A stretch of DNA of 64,000 nt from Bacillota bacterium (GTDB taxonomy: Bacteria > Bacillota > UBA4882 > UBA10575). A program made the translations under genes and the position numbers. The stretch covers positions 5,269 to 69,268 of the forward strand of contig JAAYGU010000104.1 of assembly GCA_012727535.1 (NCBI GenBank). The letters run 5' to 3'. This document shows, in pieces, positions 18,054 through 27,787 of this stretch (positions are counted from its first letter, which is position 1; the number at the start of each line of letters is the position of its first letter). The notes below the pieces were generated by a model. The model had not been told where the DNA came from, ran no database searches, and worked only from the letters and a program-made list of their open reading frames with translations.

Positions 18054-20462
18054 ATGGGAAAAGAAACGAGTTCAATGCCGATGGCGACCGACCAAGCGTT
18101 TGTGCTTGGAAGGGAGAAGGCAACCACCGGGCGGAAGCGCTGGCTGTTGTTCCTGGGTGGTCTGGGGCTAGCGGCATTCTTCTCTAGGCTGGAATTAGCG
18201 CCGGGAATTACTCCGGTGGGCATTGGATTAGCCGGTAGTTGGGCTTTGGCTGGGTTCCCCGGTAGTGTGCTAGTTTATGCTACGGCTTTACTTTGTTTAC
18301 AAACGAAACCGAGCGGGCTGTTTGGCCTCTCTGGAGTTTTTTCGATCCCGGTCTTTCTAGGTCTTTACCTGAAAGGGCGGCATTATCCACGGAAGAAGTA
18401 TCTGCTTTATCCTCTCCTCATGACCGGGGCAAAAGTCGCCTTCTTGGTCTGGCAAGGGGCAACCGGAGATTGGCTTCCGGAAGCGGCGGAAGCAGCGGCG
18501 GCTTGGCTACTGGCCTCCCTTTTGAACCCGGGATTAGTCTATCTGAAACAATGCAGGCAACAGGAGAAACTCTCCCGCTGGAGCGAAGAGGCGGGTTTAC
18601 TCTCGTTGGCGCTCCTCCCTTTACTGGTCTATCTTGTGCTGGCGCAAGTGACGATACAATTTATGGGCTGGGAGGGAGAGTTGCATCTTTTCTTTGCCTT
18701 CCTGGTCTTACTGTTTCTCGGCAGCAAACCAGGTTCGGGTGTTGTTCTCACGATGGGTTTATTATTTATAGCTGGGGAGGTTATGTATGGACAAGCTTCC
18801 CCCTGGTACCTTCTTCTGTTAGGTGGGGGTAGTTTACTGATCGGCTTGGGGAAGCATAAAGGGAAAAAGGGTATAGTAATGGGCAGTCTGTTCTCGCTGG
18901 TGTTGACTGCCGTCTTCTGGTGGGGGAAAGAAGGGGTATTGATGGCGCTTGGCCAGGGAGTAATGGCGCTATTGGTTTTTCTCTTGTTTCCCCGGAAATT
19001 TTATCTGCGCTGGCAAAAAGTGTTGCGGGACAGCAGGCCGCTCAATTCCTTAATGGAAAAGAAAACGCAACTGGTCGAGGCGGTAACGGCTCAATTACAG
19101 GAGCTGTCGGTCTTGTTTTTAGAGGTGGCGCGGGTATTTGCGCAGTCAGAGCCCAAAACGGCAGAATCCGGAGAAGAGGCGCTCCTCGACTATTTTCAGG
19201 ATATTGCGCGACAAAACTGTCGTAGTTGTGCGAAATATGATTATTGTTGGCAGGAACATTTTTATGAAACCTACCGTGAACTCTTCGACTTAATTGCCTG
19301 GGCAGAGATTGCCGGGACGGCGGAAAAGCCAAATTTACCGGAATTTCTTGCCCGGGAATGCCTGCGCAAAGAGCAATTATTAACGACGGTAAAGCTGCTC
19401 ATCGAGAAAGAGAAATCCGACCTATACTGGCGTCGGCGGTTTTACAAAGCCCGAGAATTTTTAGCCGAGCAATTGGCGGGGGTTTCTGGTCTAGTGACGG
19501 AGTTAGGCGGCCAATTTGGTCTAGAACTCGATTTCTGTACAGAATTTGAGGAGCAATTAACAACGGCCTGTGCCGAATTGGGTTGGCCCACTGTTGAGGT
19601 GAGCGTGCTGGAAAGGAGAGAAGATGGTTGGACCCAAATCCGGATGGAGAAACCCTCCTGTGCCGGTTTTGGTCAAGAATGCCGTCTCCTGGTTGCGCCG
19701 CTGGCTTCAGAAATCTGTGGAGCAAGACTAGCAGTGCGTGAACAGAATTGCCGGCCACGGCGTGAAGAGTACTGTTCGTTTCAGTTAATTCCTGAACCTT
19801 GCTTCGCGGTTGAATCAGCTGTTGTCCAGCTCCCGAGGGCAGGAAATGAGATCTCCGGCGATTACCAGGAACTTCAGGTCCTATCGGATCATTATTTACT
19901 GGCACTGCTCAGTGACGGGATGGGGGTAGGAAAAGAGGCGGCCCGGCTTAGTACGGCAACCGTTCATCTGGTCCGGAGAATGCTGGCCGCCGGGTTGGAG
20001 AGGAAGTTTGCACTTCGTCTCTTAAACTCTCTTTTATTACTGGCTTCTCCGGAAGAGGCTTTTGCGACGCTTGATCTGTTGCTCTTCGACCAATTAACCG
20101 GAGAAATGGAGCTTTTTAAGATCGGTTCGGCACCAACCTATATTAAGAAGGGACAGGAAGTTCATGTTGTGCGTTCAACATCGCTACCGGTCGGAATCAT
20201 GAAGACAGTGGAGCCCGAATACTACCGAGATTATTTAAACCATAATGACCTGGTTGTGCTGGTCAGTGACGGAGCGGTCAATCTTAAACCTGGTGGTGGC
20301 GATTGGCTGTTAAAGGCCCTTAAAAAGGGGGACAAGGTTGAGGCCAAGCCGTTTGCGCAATATCTTGCGGAGTTGGCTAAAATTGAAGCCGACGGGGAGA
20401 TTAATGATGATCTGACGATTATGGTGTTACAGTTCGTCGAAGGACGGGCAAATATTGATTAA
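18054..20462 (+). CDS. spoIIE: Stage II sporulation protein E (PP2C phosphatase)
   Basis: Multi-TM N-terminal half and a C-terminal PP2C domain (ISGDY, LLSDGMGVG, DDLTIMV). ATG 18054 follows AGGAGTGG. Confidence 0.9.
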   Translation: MGKETSSMPMATDQAFVLGREKATTGRKRWLLFLGGLGLAAFFSRLELAPGITPVGIGLAGSWALAGFPGSVLVYATALLCLQTKPSGLFGLSGVFSIPVFLGLYLKGRHYPRKKYLLYPLLMTGAKVAFLVWQGATGDWLPEAAEAAAAWLLASLLNPGLVYLKQCRQQEKLSRWSEEAGLLSLALLPLLVYLVLAQVTIQFMGWEGELHLFFAFLVLLFLGSKPGSGVVLTMGLLFIAGEVMYGQASPWYLLLLGGGSLLIGLGKHKGKKGIVMGSLFSLVLTAVFWWGKEGVLMALGQGVMALLVFLLFPRKFYLRWQKVLRDSRPLNSLMEKKTQLVEAVTAQLQELSVLFLEVARVFAQSEPKTAESGEEALLDYFQDIARQNCRSCAKYDYCWQEHFYETYRELFDLIAWAEIAGTAEKPNLPEFLARECLRKEQLLTTVKLLIEKEKSDLYWRRRFYKAREFLAEQLAGVSGLVTELGGQFGLELDFCTEFEEQLTTACAELGWPTVEVSVLERREDGWTQIRMEKPSCAGFGQECRLLVAPLASEICGARLAVREQNCRPRREEYCSFQLIPEPCFAVESAVVQLPRAGNEISGDYQELQVLSDHYLLALLSDGMGVGKEAARLSTATVHLVRRMLAAGLERKFALRLLNSLLLLASPEEAFATLDLLLFDQLTGEMELFKIGSAPTYIKKGQEVHVVRSTSLPVGIMKTVEPEYYRDYLNHNDLVVLVSDGAVNLKPGGGDWLLKALKKGDKVEAKPFAQYLAELAKIEADGEINDDLTIMVLQFVEGRANID

Positions 20463-20543
20463 CAAATTTTAAACAGGAGATCGGAGGTTGGTGAGAAACT
20501 AAAAAGAGTGAAATAACGTTTAAGGATATGGTGGGCAAATGTT

Positions 20544-22010
20544 ATGAGGGCCTTTGAGAATAAAGTTTTGGCGACCATTGAGCATTACCGGATGTTGACC
20601 GAGGGCGAGGCTGTCCTGGTGGCGGTCTCCGGTGGAGTCGATTCCATGGTGCTCCTTTCGGTCTTACAAAGGTTACCGCTCCAACTAAATTTGGCGGTTT
20701 TTCATCTGAATCATGGGCTGCGGCCGAGCGCGGATGAAGAAGCGAAAATGGTAGCCCGGTATGCTGCTGCGCACTCTTTACCGTGTTATATTGAGAAGAT
20801 CGGGTATGACCTACATGCAGTCAAGGGTGTTTCATTACAGGAAGCTGCACGGGAAGAACGGTACCGTCGGTTAGTCCGGACGGCCCAGCGCCTGGGGAGC
20901 GAGAAAATTGCTCTGGGGCATCAGGCCGACGACCAAGTGGAAACGGTATTGATGCGCTTTCTGACCGGCGCTGGGCCTGAGGGGTTGGCCGGGATTCCCC
21001 CTGTTCGGGGTATGTTCATCCGTCCACTGCTGGAAGTGGGGAGGACGGAGATTCTGGCTTATGCCCGTCAGCTTCAGCTACCATGGGCAGAAGACGAGTC
21101 CAACGCCGAGCAAGTTTATCTGCGGAATAAGATCCGTCACTCCTTAATTCCCCATTTACAAAGTGCATATCAGCCGGGACTTGGCGAAAGATTAAAAGAA
21201 ACAGCGGTTATTTGCCGGGAGTGGAACGAGGTCATGGATGGTTTAGCCGGTAAAATCCTCCGCACCTGGGGTTTATGTACAACCGGGGGTCGGCTCCGTC
21301 CGAACTGGGAGGCCGGATACCGCATGCCGGTGACGGCCTGGGTAAAATTACACCCCGCGCTACAAAGATTAGTTTTTCGCCGGTTGTTTTTTAGTTTGGC
21401 GCCTGGTGGGACTAATTTAGGGTTTACCCATTCTGAAGCGTGGCGGCGGTTGATCGCTGGGCCGGACGGTAAACTTCTGCATCTGCCCGGAGGGGTGACC
21501 GCACGGCGGGAAAACGGCCTTTTAATCCTTAGTCCGGAGCTGGTAACGGTGCATGAAGAGGAAACGGAGGTTCCCCTGGCGGAACCATTGCCTTTGAATA
21601 TCCCCGGGTTAACAATTTTGCCGGGAGGAAAAGGAAGAGTAGAGGCGAAATGGTTGACGAGGAAAGAGTTGCCCCGCGATTGGCGGGAGACCTCGTCATT
21701 TGAAATTTTTCTTGATGCCGCCGGGCTTTCTTTCCCCCTTTACCTCCGCCAACGGCGGCCGGGAGATCGTTTTTTCCCCCTGGGTGCCGGCGGAAGTAAA
21801 AAAGTTAAAGACTTCCTCATTGATGCGAAGATTCCCCGTCGCCAGCGGGCTCTTTATCCGCTCCTGGTCGACCACAAAGGGATGATCTTAGGAGTAATGG
21901 GTATCCGGCCGGACCAGCGGTGTCGGATTAACCCAGACAGCCAACAGATCCTGTATCTTAAATACCAGCCACCACCACTAAGTTGTCGAATTGGCTTGGA
22001 TATGGTATAA
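20544..22010 (+). CDS. tilS: tRNA(Ile)-lysidine synthase
   Basis: PP-loop motif [12 protein letters not shown], and it sits immediately upstream of ftsH. Confidence 0.9.
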   Translation: MRAFENKVLATIEHYRMLTEGEAVLVAVSGGVDSMVLLSVLQRLPLQLNLAVFHLNHGLRPSADEEAKMVARYAAAHSLPCYIEKIGYDLHAVKGVSLQEAAREERYRRLVRTAQRLGSEKIALGHQADDQVETVLMRFLTGAGPEGLAGIPPVRGMFIRPLLEVGRTEILAYARQLQLPWAEDESNAEQVYLRNKIRHSLIPHLQSAYQPGLGERLKETAVICREWNEVMDGLAGKILRTWGLCTTGGRLRPNWEAGYRMPVTAWVKLHPALQRLVFRRLFFSLAPGGTNLGFTHSEAWRRLIAGPDGKLLHLPGGVTARRENGLLILSPELVTVHEEETEVPLAEPLPLNIPGLTILPGGKGRVEAKWLTRKELPRDWRETSSFEIFLDAAGLSFPLYLRQRRPGDRFFPLGAGGSKKVKDFLIDAKIPRRQRALYPLLVDHKGMILGVMGIRPDQRCRINPDSQQILYLKYQPPPLSCRIGLDMV

Positions 22011-22051
22011 TATCACCTATGACATTTTTAACCTCGAGAGGGGGTTTCTAC

Positions 22052-23920
22052 TTGCGTTTTGCTAGGGAGTTATTCTTCTATCTAGTACTGGTTTCAATTT
22101 CCTTATTTGTTTTATGGACTTTTTTTGGGGTTAATAAAACCGTAGATACTTGGACATGGGATCAATTTCTGACTAAGGTGGAAGAAGGGGAAGTGTTAAA
22201 AGTAACCATCTACACCGATGGTCAGATTGAAGGTAAATACAGAACTGACGGGCAAGAGATCAGAGATTTTGTGGCCCAGGGGCCCAGTCCATCGCTGGCT
22301 TCGGAAGTGTATGAGAATCCACTTGGTAAAGCTGGAGTAGAAAGAGTCTACAAACAAAAGACTGAGCCTTGGTGGTCGATGATTCTTCCCAATCTTTTAC
22401 CGATTCTGATCTTTGTTGGGTTATGGTTCTTCCTGATCAATCAGATGCAGGGTTCCGGGAATAAAGCACTCTCCTTTGGTCGGAGCCGGGCCCGGCTCTA
22501 TACAGCCGAGGAAAAGACCAAAGTGACCTTTGATGATGTGGCGGGCGCAGATGAAGCAAAGGAAGAATTAATGGAGATCGTTGAGTTTCTCAGACAACCT
22601 CGGCGTTTTACGGAACTAGGCGCGCGGATTCCAAAAGGCGCTTTGTTGGTTGGCCCGCCGGGTACAGGGAAAACATTGCTTTCGAAAGCGGTCGCTGGTG
22701 AGGCCGGCGTTCCGTTTTTCAGTATCAGTGGTTCAGATTTTGTCGAGATGTTCGTCGGGGTTGGCGCTTCCCGGGTGCGGGATCTGTTCGAGAATGCGAA
22801 GAAGAACTCGCCGTGTTTTGTCTTTATTGATGAGATCGATGCGGTGGGGTGCCAACGTGGTGCCGGGTTAGGGGGCGGACATGATGAACGTGAACAGACC
22901 TTGAACCAACTTCTGGTCGAGATGGATGGCTTCGAAGCGAATTCCGGGATTATTATCCTGGCGGCCACCAACCGGCCGGATGTATTGGATCCGGCGCTCT
23001 TGCGTCCGGGCCGTTTTGACCGGCAGGTCGTGTTGGATATCCCTGATATTAATGGCCGGGAAGAGATTCTGAAGGTGCATGCTAAGGGTAAGCAGCTTTC
23101 GCCAGAGGTTGATTTTAAAGTGTTGGCGCGGCGCACGCCCGGTTTTACCGGAGCAGATTTAGCGAATACGCTAAACGAAGCGGCTATTTTGGCGGCGCGG
23201 AAGAACCAGAAACAGATTACGATGCGCGACTGTGAAGAGGCGATCGAACGGGTCATCGCTGGACCGGAGCGGAAAAGTCGCGTAATGAGTGAGAAAGAAA
23301 GGGAATTGACCGCTTACCATGAGGCCGGGCATGCTTTAGTCGGACATTATTTACCAACGGTTGATCCGATTCATAAAGTTTCGATCATTCCGCGAGGCCA
23401 GGCCGGAGGGTATACCTTGGCCTTGCCGTTGGAAGATAAGCATTATGCCACCCGCACCGAACTGATGGAGAATATTGTGTTTTTACTTGGTGGTCGAGCG
23501 GCAGAAGCGATCGTGCTGAAGGAGATCAGCACGGGAGCCCGGAATGATTTGGAACGGGCGACAAAGCTGGTGCGGACGATGATAATGGAGTATGGGATGA
23601 GCGAGGAGCTTGGCCCGATGACCTTTGGTCATGGCCATGCGGAACAAGTCTTTCTTGGCCGTGATATCTCCAGGGATAAAAATTATAGTGAGAAGGTGGC
23701 GGCGGAGATAGACCGGGAGATGAAAACCATGATTGATCTCTCTTACCGCCGAGCGGAGGAGATTATCAATACTCATCTCGATGAGTTAAAAAGGGTCGCC
23801 AATGCTTTGTTGGAGAAAGAAACCCTGGAAGCGGAGGAGTTTGAGCAGTTGCTCACTTCTGCTAACGAACAGTCGACACCAGAGAAAGATGAGAGCGCCG
23901 GGCAGGAGGAGAATGCTTAA
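22052..23920 (+). CDS. ftsH: ATP-dependent zinc metalloprotease FtsH
   Basis: Walker A GPPGTGKT, second region of homology, and the zinc motif HEAGHAL. I moved the start to TTG 22052, 8 nt after GAGAGGGGG. Confidence 0.93.
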   Translation: MRFARELFFYLVLVSISLFVLWTFFGVNKTVDTWTWDQFLTKVEEGEVLKVTIYTDGQIEGKYRTDGQEIRDFVAQGPSPSLASEVYENPLGKAGVERVYKQKTEPWWSMILPNLLPILIFVGLWFFLINQMQGSGNKALSFGRSRARLYTAEEKTKVTFDDVAGADEAKEELMEIVEFLRQPRRFTELGARIPKGALLVGPPGTGKTLLSKAVAGEAGVPFFSISGSDFVEMFVGVGASRVRDLFENAKKNSPCFVFIDEIDAVGCQRGAGLGGGHDEREQTLNQLLVEMDGFEANSGIIILAATNRPDVLDPALLRPGRFDRQVVLDIPDINGREEILKVHAKGKQLSPEVDFKVLARRTPGFTGADLANTLNEAAILAARKNQKQITMRDCEEAIERVIAGPERKSRVMSEKERELTAYHEAGHALVGHYLPTVDPIHKVSIIPRGQAGGYTLALPLEDKHYATRTELMENIVFLLGGRAAEAIVLKEISTGARNDLERATKLVRTMIMEYGMSEELGPMTFGHGHAEQVFLGRDISRDKNYSEKVAAEIDREMKTMIDLSYRRAEEIINTHLDELKRVANALLEKETLEAEEFEQLLTSANEQSTPEKDESAGQEENA

Positions 23921-23927
23921 TGAAAAA

Positions 23928-23958
23928 AGCGGAGTTTGTCGAAGACTCCGCTTTTTTT
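23928..23958 (+). terminator. ftsH terminator, inside the ORF-track N-terminal extension of the next gene
   Basis: AGCGGAGT (23928-23935) pairs with ACTCCGCT (23945-23952), followed by a T-run. Confidence 0.8.
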
Positions 23959-23976
23959 GGCGAGGGGAGGGATTTG

Positions 23977-24882
23977 ATGCCGCCGTTGAAGAGTTCCTTT
24001 ACCTGTAGGCCGCGGCCCTTTCAAAGATTACTGGTCGCGGCGACCGCCGTCTTGTTCCTGAGTCAACTGGCTTTTTGCTTAACCTTTTACCATGTCCGTA
24101 GTGGAGTGGAAGTGGTATTAAAACGCCCACTGAATGTGCTTTTGTTAGGGGTCGATCAACCGAACCTTGACAGGCAGGGGCAGGAAGAACGACCGCGGAC
24201 TGATACCATGCTTTTTTTGGCTTTAAGGCCGGAGTTGGAACAAGCTGCGCTTTTTTCCATCCCCCGGGATAGTATAATTGATATCCCAGGTTATGGCATG
24301 GATCGAATCAATATGGCGCATGTTTACGGTGGATATGAATTGACGAAATCCCTGGTCGAAATGATTATGGAAATGCCAGTCGACCGCTATGTGATGGTTA
24401 ATTTTGAATGCTTTCGGGAGATTGTGGATTTAGTAGATGGAGTCGAGGTTAATGTAGATCGGCGAATGATTTATGAAGACCGGAGTGCCGGGTTGAAGAT
24501 CGATCTGCAACCTGGTCGGCAAACACTGAAGGGAGAAGAGGCCCTAGGGTATGTGCGTTTTCGCCAGGATGCCTTGGGCGATATTACCCGTACCAGAAGG
24601 CAACAACAGTTTATGTTGGCGTTGGTCTCAAAGTTAAAAAAGAAAGAGACACTGTGGCGGGTAGCGCAAAATTGGCCGACGCTCATGAGAATTAGTGAGA
24701 ACTATTTGCAGACTGATCTGCAGCCGACGGAGATTTTGGGGCTGATGCTGTTATTAAAAGACCTGAATCCGCAGGCGGATTTGACCATGTTGACTTTACC
24801 CGGGGAGTTTTTCGGCCCTTATTGGCGCTTACATTCCCGGGAAATTGAATATATAACCGAGCCGTTCCGTTTTAGGCAGTAA
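23977..24882 (+). CDS. LytR-CpsA-Psr (LCP) family cell-envelope transferase
   Basis: TM anchor followed by the LCP motifs NVLLLGVDQ, RTDTMLFL and FSIPRDS. ATG 23977 follows GGGGAGGGA. Confidence 0.85.
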   Translation: MPPLKSSFTCRPRPFQRLLVAATAVLFLSQLAFCLTFYHVRSGVEVVLKRPLNVLLLGVDQPNLDRQGQEERPRTDTMLFLALRPELEQAALFSIPRDSIIDIPGYGMDRINMAHVYGGYELTKSLVEMIMEMPVDRYVMVNFECFREIVDLVDGVEVNVDRRMIYEDRSAGLKIDLQPGRQTLKGEEALGYVRFRQDALGDITRTRRQQQFMLALVSKLKKKETLWRVAQNWPTLMRISENYLQTDLQPTEILGLMLLLKDLNPQADLTMLTLPGEFFGPYWRLHSREIEYITEPFRFRQ

Positions 24883-24959
24883 AGAAAGTAATTTAATACC
24901 ATCCAGCCCAGTTTGGTAAAAAATTGCGAGGCTTGGTATTGACTATTGGTACTAACGGA

Positions 24960-25018
24960 GTGACCAGCGACGAACTGCGAGAAAAAGTCCAGTCATTTAG
25001 CGAGCGACGAGCAACGAG
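24960..25018 (+). promoter_or_regulatory. GAR-heptad leader module upstream of the comB-like gene
   Basis: GTGACCAGCGACGAACTGCGAG, then CGAGCGACGAGCAACGAG. GAG triplets at 25002, 25009 and 25016 are spaced at 7 nt. Confidence 0.45.
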
Positions 25019-25075
25019 TACTTAGTCATATTTTCTAAGCAGCAAGCAACATAGATAGGGAGAGGTAAGGACAGC

Positions 25076-25810
25076 ATGAGAGTTGATCTAGTATTTACAT
25101 CAGGAATGAAAACAGTCAGAGATTATCATCGAAAAACTGTGGTGGTAATAGATGTTTTGCGGGCTAGCAGTACAATCATTACTGCCTTGGCTAATGGTTG
25201 CTTGGATCTATTGGCGGTGGCCGAGCCTGGTGACGCTGCAGTCATTAGGAGGCAGATCGGTGAAGGGTGTCTAACCGGCGGTGAGCGGAACGGGTTGAAG
25301 ATACCAGGCTTTGATCTAGGAAATTCTCCACTGGAATATACGGCGGAGAGGGTGGCCGGGAAGAGAATCATCATCTGTACCTCAAACGGAACAAAGGCGT
25401 TAGGGGAAGCAAGAAACGCGGACGAGCTCTTAATTGCGGCTTTTCTCAATGCTGAAAAAACAAGCCAGTATTTGCGGGAGAAGGAGGATGTAGTGCTTTT
25501 TTGTGCTGGTAGTGATGGAGAACCGGGGTTGGAGGATTTGCTCTGCGCCGGTATGCTCATTGAGCACCTGGTGACGGAAGGGGAAGGGCAATTGACCGAT
25601 GCCGCCCGGATTGGGTTGCTGACCTACCGTCAGTTGCTGGCTGGGAGAAGTAGTGAGTTGGCGAAGGTTCTATATGAGTCGGATCATACTAGGTATCTGG
25701 CCTCGATAGGTTTTGCGGAAGATATAGATTATTGTGCCCAGGTTGATCTGCTCCCATATTTAGTGCGGGTCAAAGACGGTCGGATCATTAAGGAGCAGGA
25801 ATGGGCCTAG
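25076..25810 (+). CDS. comB: 2-phosphosulfolactate phosphatase family protein
   Basis: ComB-family N-terminus VVVIDVLRASSTIITALANG, at the length typical for the family. Confidence 0.8.
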   Translation: MRVDLVFTSGMKTVRDYHRKTVVVIDVLRASSTIITALANGCLDLLAVAEPGDAAVIRRQIGEGCLTGGERNGLKIPGFDLGNSPLEYTAERVAGKRIIICTSNGTKALGEARNADELLIAAFLNAEKTSQYLREKEDVVLFCAGSDGEPGLEDLLCAGMLIEHLVTEGEGQLTDAARIGLLTYRQLLAGRSSELAKVLYESDHTRYLASIGFAEDIDYCAQVDLLPYLVRVKDGRIIKEQEWA

Positions 25811-25840
25811 GAGAAGGGGCTAACGCCGATAGAAGGGGTG

Positions 25841-27478
25841 TTATTCCTGGCCGTAGACGACCACTAAGTTTCTTCCCGAGTTTTTGGCTTGGTAGAGCGC
25901 CTGATCGGCTCGGGCCAGTAGATCTGAGATGGTTGAGGCATGTTCCGGAATGCCGGCAACCCCGCAACTGATCGTTAGATGGAAAGGCTGGTCTTCAGTG
26001 GCGAAAAAGGGAGTAGTTTCAATCTCTTGCCGGATCGTCTCCGCGATGGCGGCCAACTCCGCCGGTTGATGATTAAGACCGAGCATGATAAACTCTTCAC
26101 CACCGTGACGACAGGCAATTCGGTCATGGGTGGAGTATTTCTTTAAAATGTTCGCGGTTTTGGCGAGCACCTGATCGCCGGTTAAATGACCATAAGTATC
26201 ATTGACTTCTTTAAAGAAATCGAGATCAAAGATTATGCACCCAAGCTGCAGGTTATTATTATCCTGGAAAATAGAGAAGAGAAAGATGTTCATGTAATTT
26301 CGGTTGTATAGTCCGGTCAGGGAGTCGTGCCAGGCCATTTTCTTTGTCTCCTGATGCAGCCGTGTGTTCTCCAAAGCCAAACTTACCTGGTTGGCGATGA
26401 TCATTAACTGCTCTTTTTGTTCCTGATTAAAGCTGAACTTTTGCTGATTGGCGGCGAGGATCACTCCGATTGTTTCGGTTTTGGTCACCAAGGGAACAGT
26501 GACTAGGGAGTAGATTCCTTGCCTTTTCCAATACTCTAGTTCCTCCGGGGAGGCGGAGTTTTCATCCTGAATGGTCTGTGTGGCAATGGTTTGGGCTACC
26601 AGACTATCTTTTTCGTTGACCACCTTAAGTAATGCCGGGGCATCCTTGCCGGAAAAAGATAAGATTTCAATCTGGTTTTCATAGTTGATCCCAAAAATCG
26701 CGCAGGTAAAACTACCTAATACTCCCTGGATGATATCGGCGATATTGGTGAGGAGGTTTTCCTCATCCATCTCTTCCAACAGAAACTGTTGGATCAGGGT
26801 TAAGGTATAGGAGAAGGCGTACTTTTCTTCTAGATCGGCCTGGGTCAGGTAAGACTCTTTCAAGACGGCTTCTTTCTCTATTAACATCTTTTGGAGTCGA
26901 GAGGTTAATTGTTGGTCAGTAGAAGAATAGGAAGCTGCCAAGAAGCCGATCAGGAGGATACTGGCCAGCGCAAAGAGGACGAGAAAAACAAAGGATAATG
27001 GGGTGTAGCCCAGCTCTCGGGTTAAGGCAAAATTATTCGGCCAAAGCAAGATGATATTGATGGTTAATCCAGCCAGTGAGAGGAGTGTTACATAGTAGGT
27101 TTCGCCCGGTTTGATTTCCCGGGTGGATAGAAAGATCACAATGAGGTAAAGAGGGAGTAAGAAGTTAACAGGAAAAAACCCTAGGTGATAAAGGAGGGAG
27201 ACGAGTAAAACATCGAGAAGATCTATTAACCAGAATAGTTTCAGAAGTAAACTGATTTTTTGTTTAAAGAGGTAACCCTTTGGGAACAGGTAGATCAGCA
27301 TAAAGCAGAAAACCACAATTAAGTAGAGCCGCTGATCACGGTAGAGAGTCCGAATGGAGAAATACCGATAATTGACTACCAACAAAAAGGTGAGGACGGT
27401 GACCAGCTGTAGATAAAGATTAACCCGAAGCCTTGTTTTAATCTTATGGTCTTGAATATTGTCTAGCATCTTAGCCAT
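25841..27478 (-). CDS. Membrane-bound diguanylate cyclase (multi-TM, GAF, GGDEF)
   Basis: About six N-terminal TM helices, a GAF-like middle region and an intact GGEEF site in RHGGEEF. Confidence 0.85.
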   Translation of the reverse strand: MAKMLDNIQDHKIKTRLRVNLYLQLVTVLTFLLVVNYRYFSIRTLYRDQRLYLIVVFCFMLIYLFPKGYLFKQKISLLLKLFWLIDLLDVLLVSLLYHLGFFPVNFLLPLYLIVIFLSTREIKPGETYYVTLLSLAGLTINIILLWPNNFALTRELGYTPLSFVFLVLFALASILLIGFLAASYSSTDQQLTSRLQKMLIEKEAVLKESYLTQADLEEKYAFSYTLTLIQQFLLEEMDEENLLTNIADIIQGVLGSFTCAIFGINYENQIEILSFSGKDAPALLKVVNEKDSLVAQTIATQTIQDENSASPEELEYWKRQGIYSLVTVPLVTKTETIGVILAANQQKFSFNQEQKEQLMIIANQVSLALENTRLHQETKKMAWHDSLTGLYNRNYMNIFLFSIFQDNNNLQLGCIIFDLDFFKEVNDTYGHLTGDQVLAKTANILKKYSTHDRIACRHGGEEFIMLGLNHQPAELAAIAETIRQEIETTPFFATEDQPFHLTISCGVAGIPEHASTISDLLARADQALYQAKNSGRNLVVVYGQE

Positions 27479-27787
27479 CCTTTTTATTATAAATAAAGTA
27501 ATATTATATAATCTTTATTGTTATTTGATATTTTACAATAGGAAATGGACAGATTGTTAGGTTATAGGTTATGTTTGTGTTAAAATTGTCTTAACAAAGC
27601 GAAATTCCCCCTAAACTCCTTAATAAAATAGGGTTCTTCATTACATTATTCGGCATAGTACTATTCGTTCTTAACGATGTTTTTAAGATTTAATCTTGTT
27701 TATTTGCTTGGATGCTCAACTTTAGCTACGCCCAACTATGGTTGTTATAAAATTTAATCAGAGCAAATTAGGACGGAGGTGTTGAGA

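Noticed and set aside
21983-22051. ftsH start at 21983, overlapping tilS.
   Set aside because: This start has no SD. TTG 22052 follows GAGAGGGGG and gives a typical FtsH N-terminal TM segment.
22498-23256. A 252-aa ORF antisense to ftsH. Other long shadow ORFs include 18293-18832, 19399-19905, 5004-5381, 37140-37622 and 49765-50205.
   Set aside because: They lie entirely inside, or antisense to, strongly conserved genes. Their composition is low-complexity and Arg/Ser/Pro-rich, as is typical of out-of-frame translation.
23920-23976. ORF-track start of the LCP gene at 23920.
   Set aside because: These codons span the ftsH terminator hairpin and T-run. A strong SD precedes the ATG at 23977.
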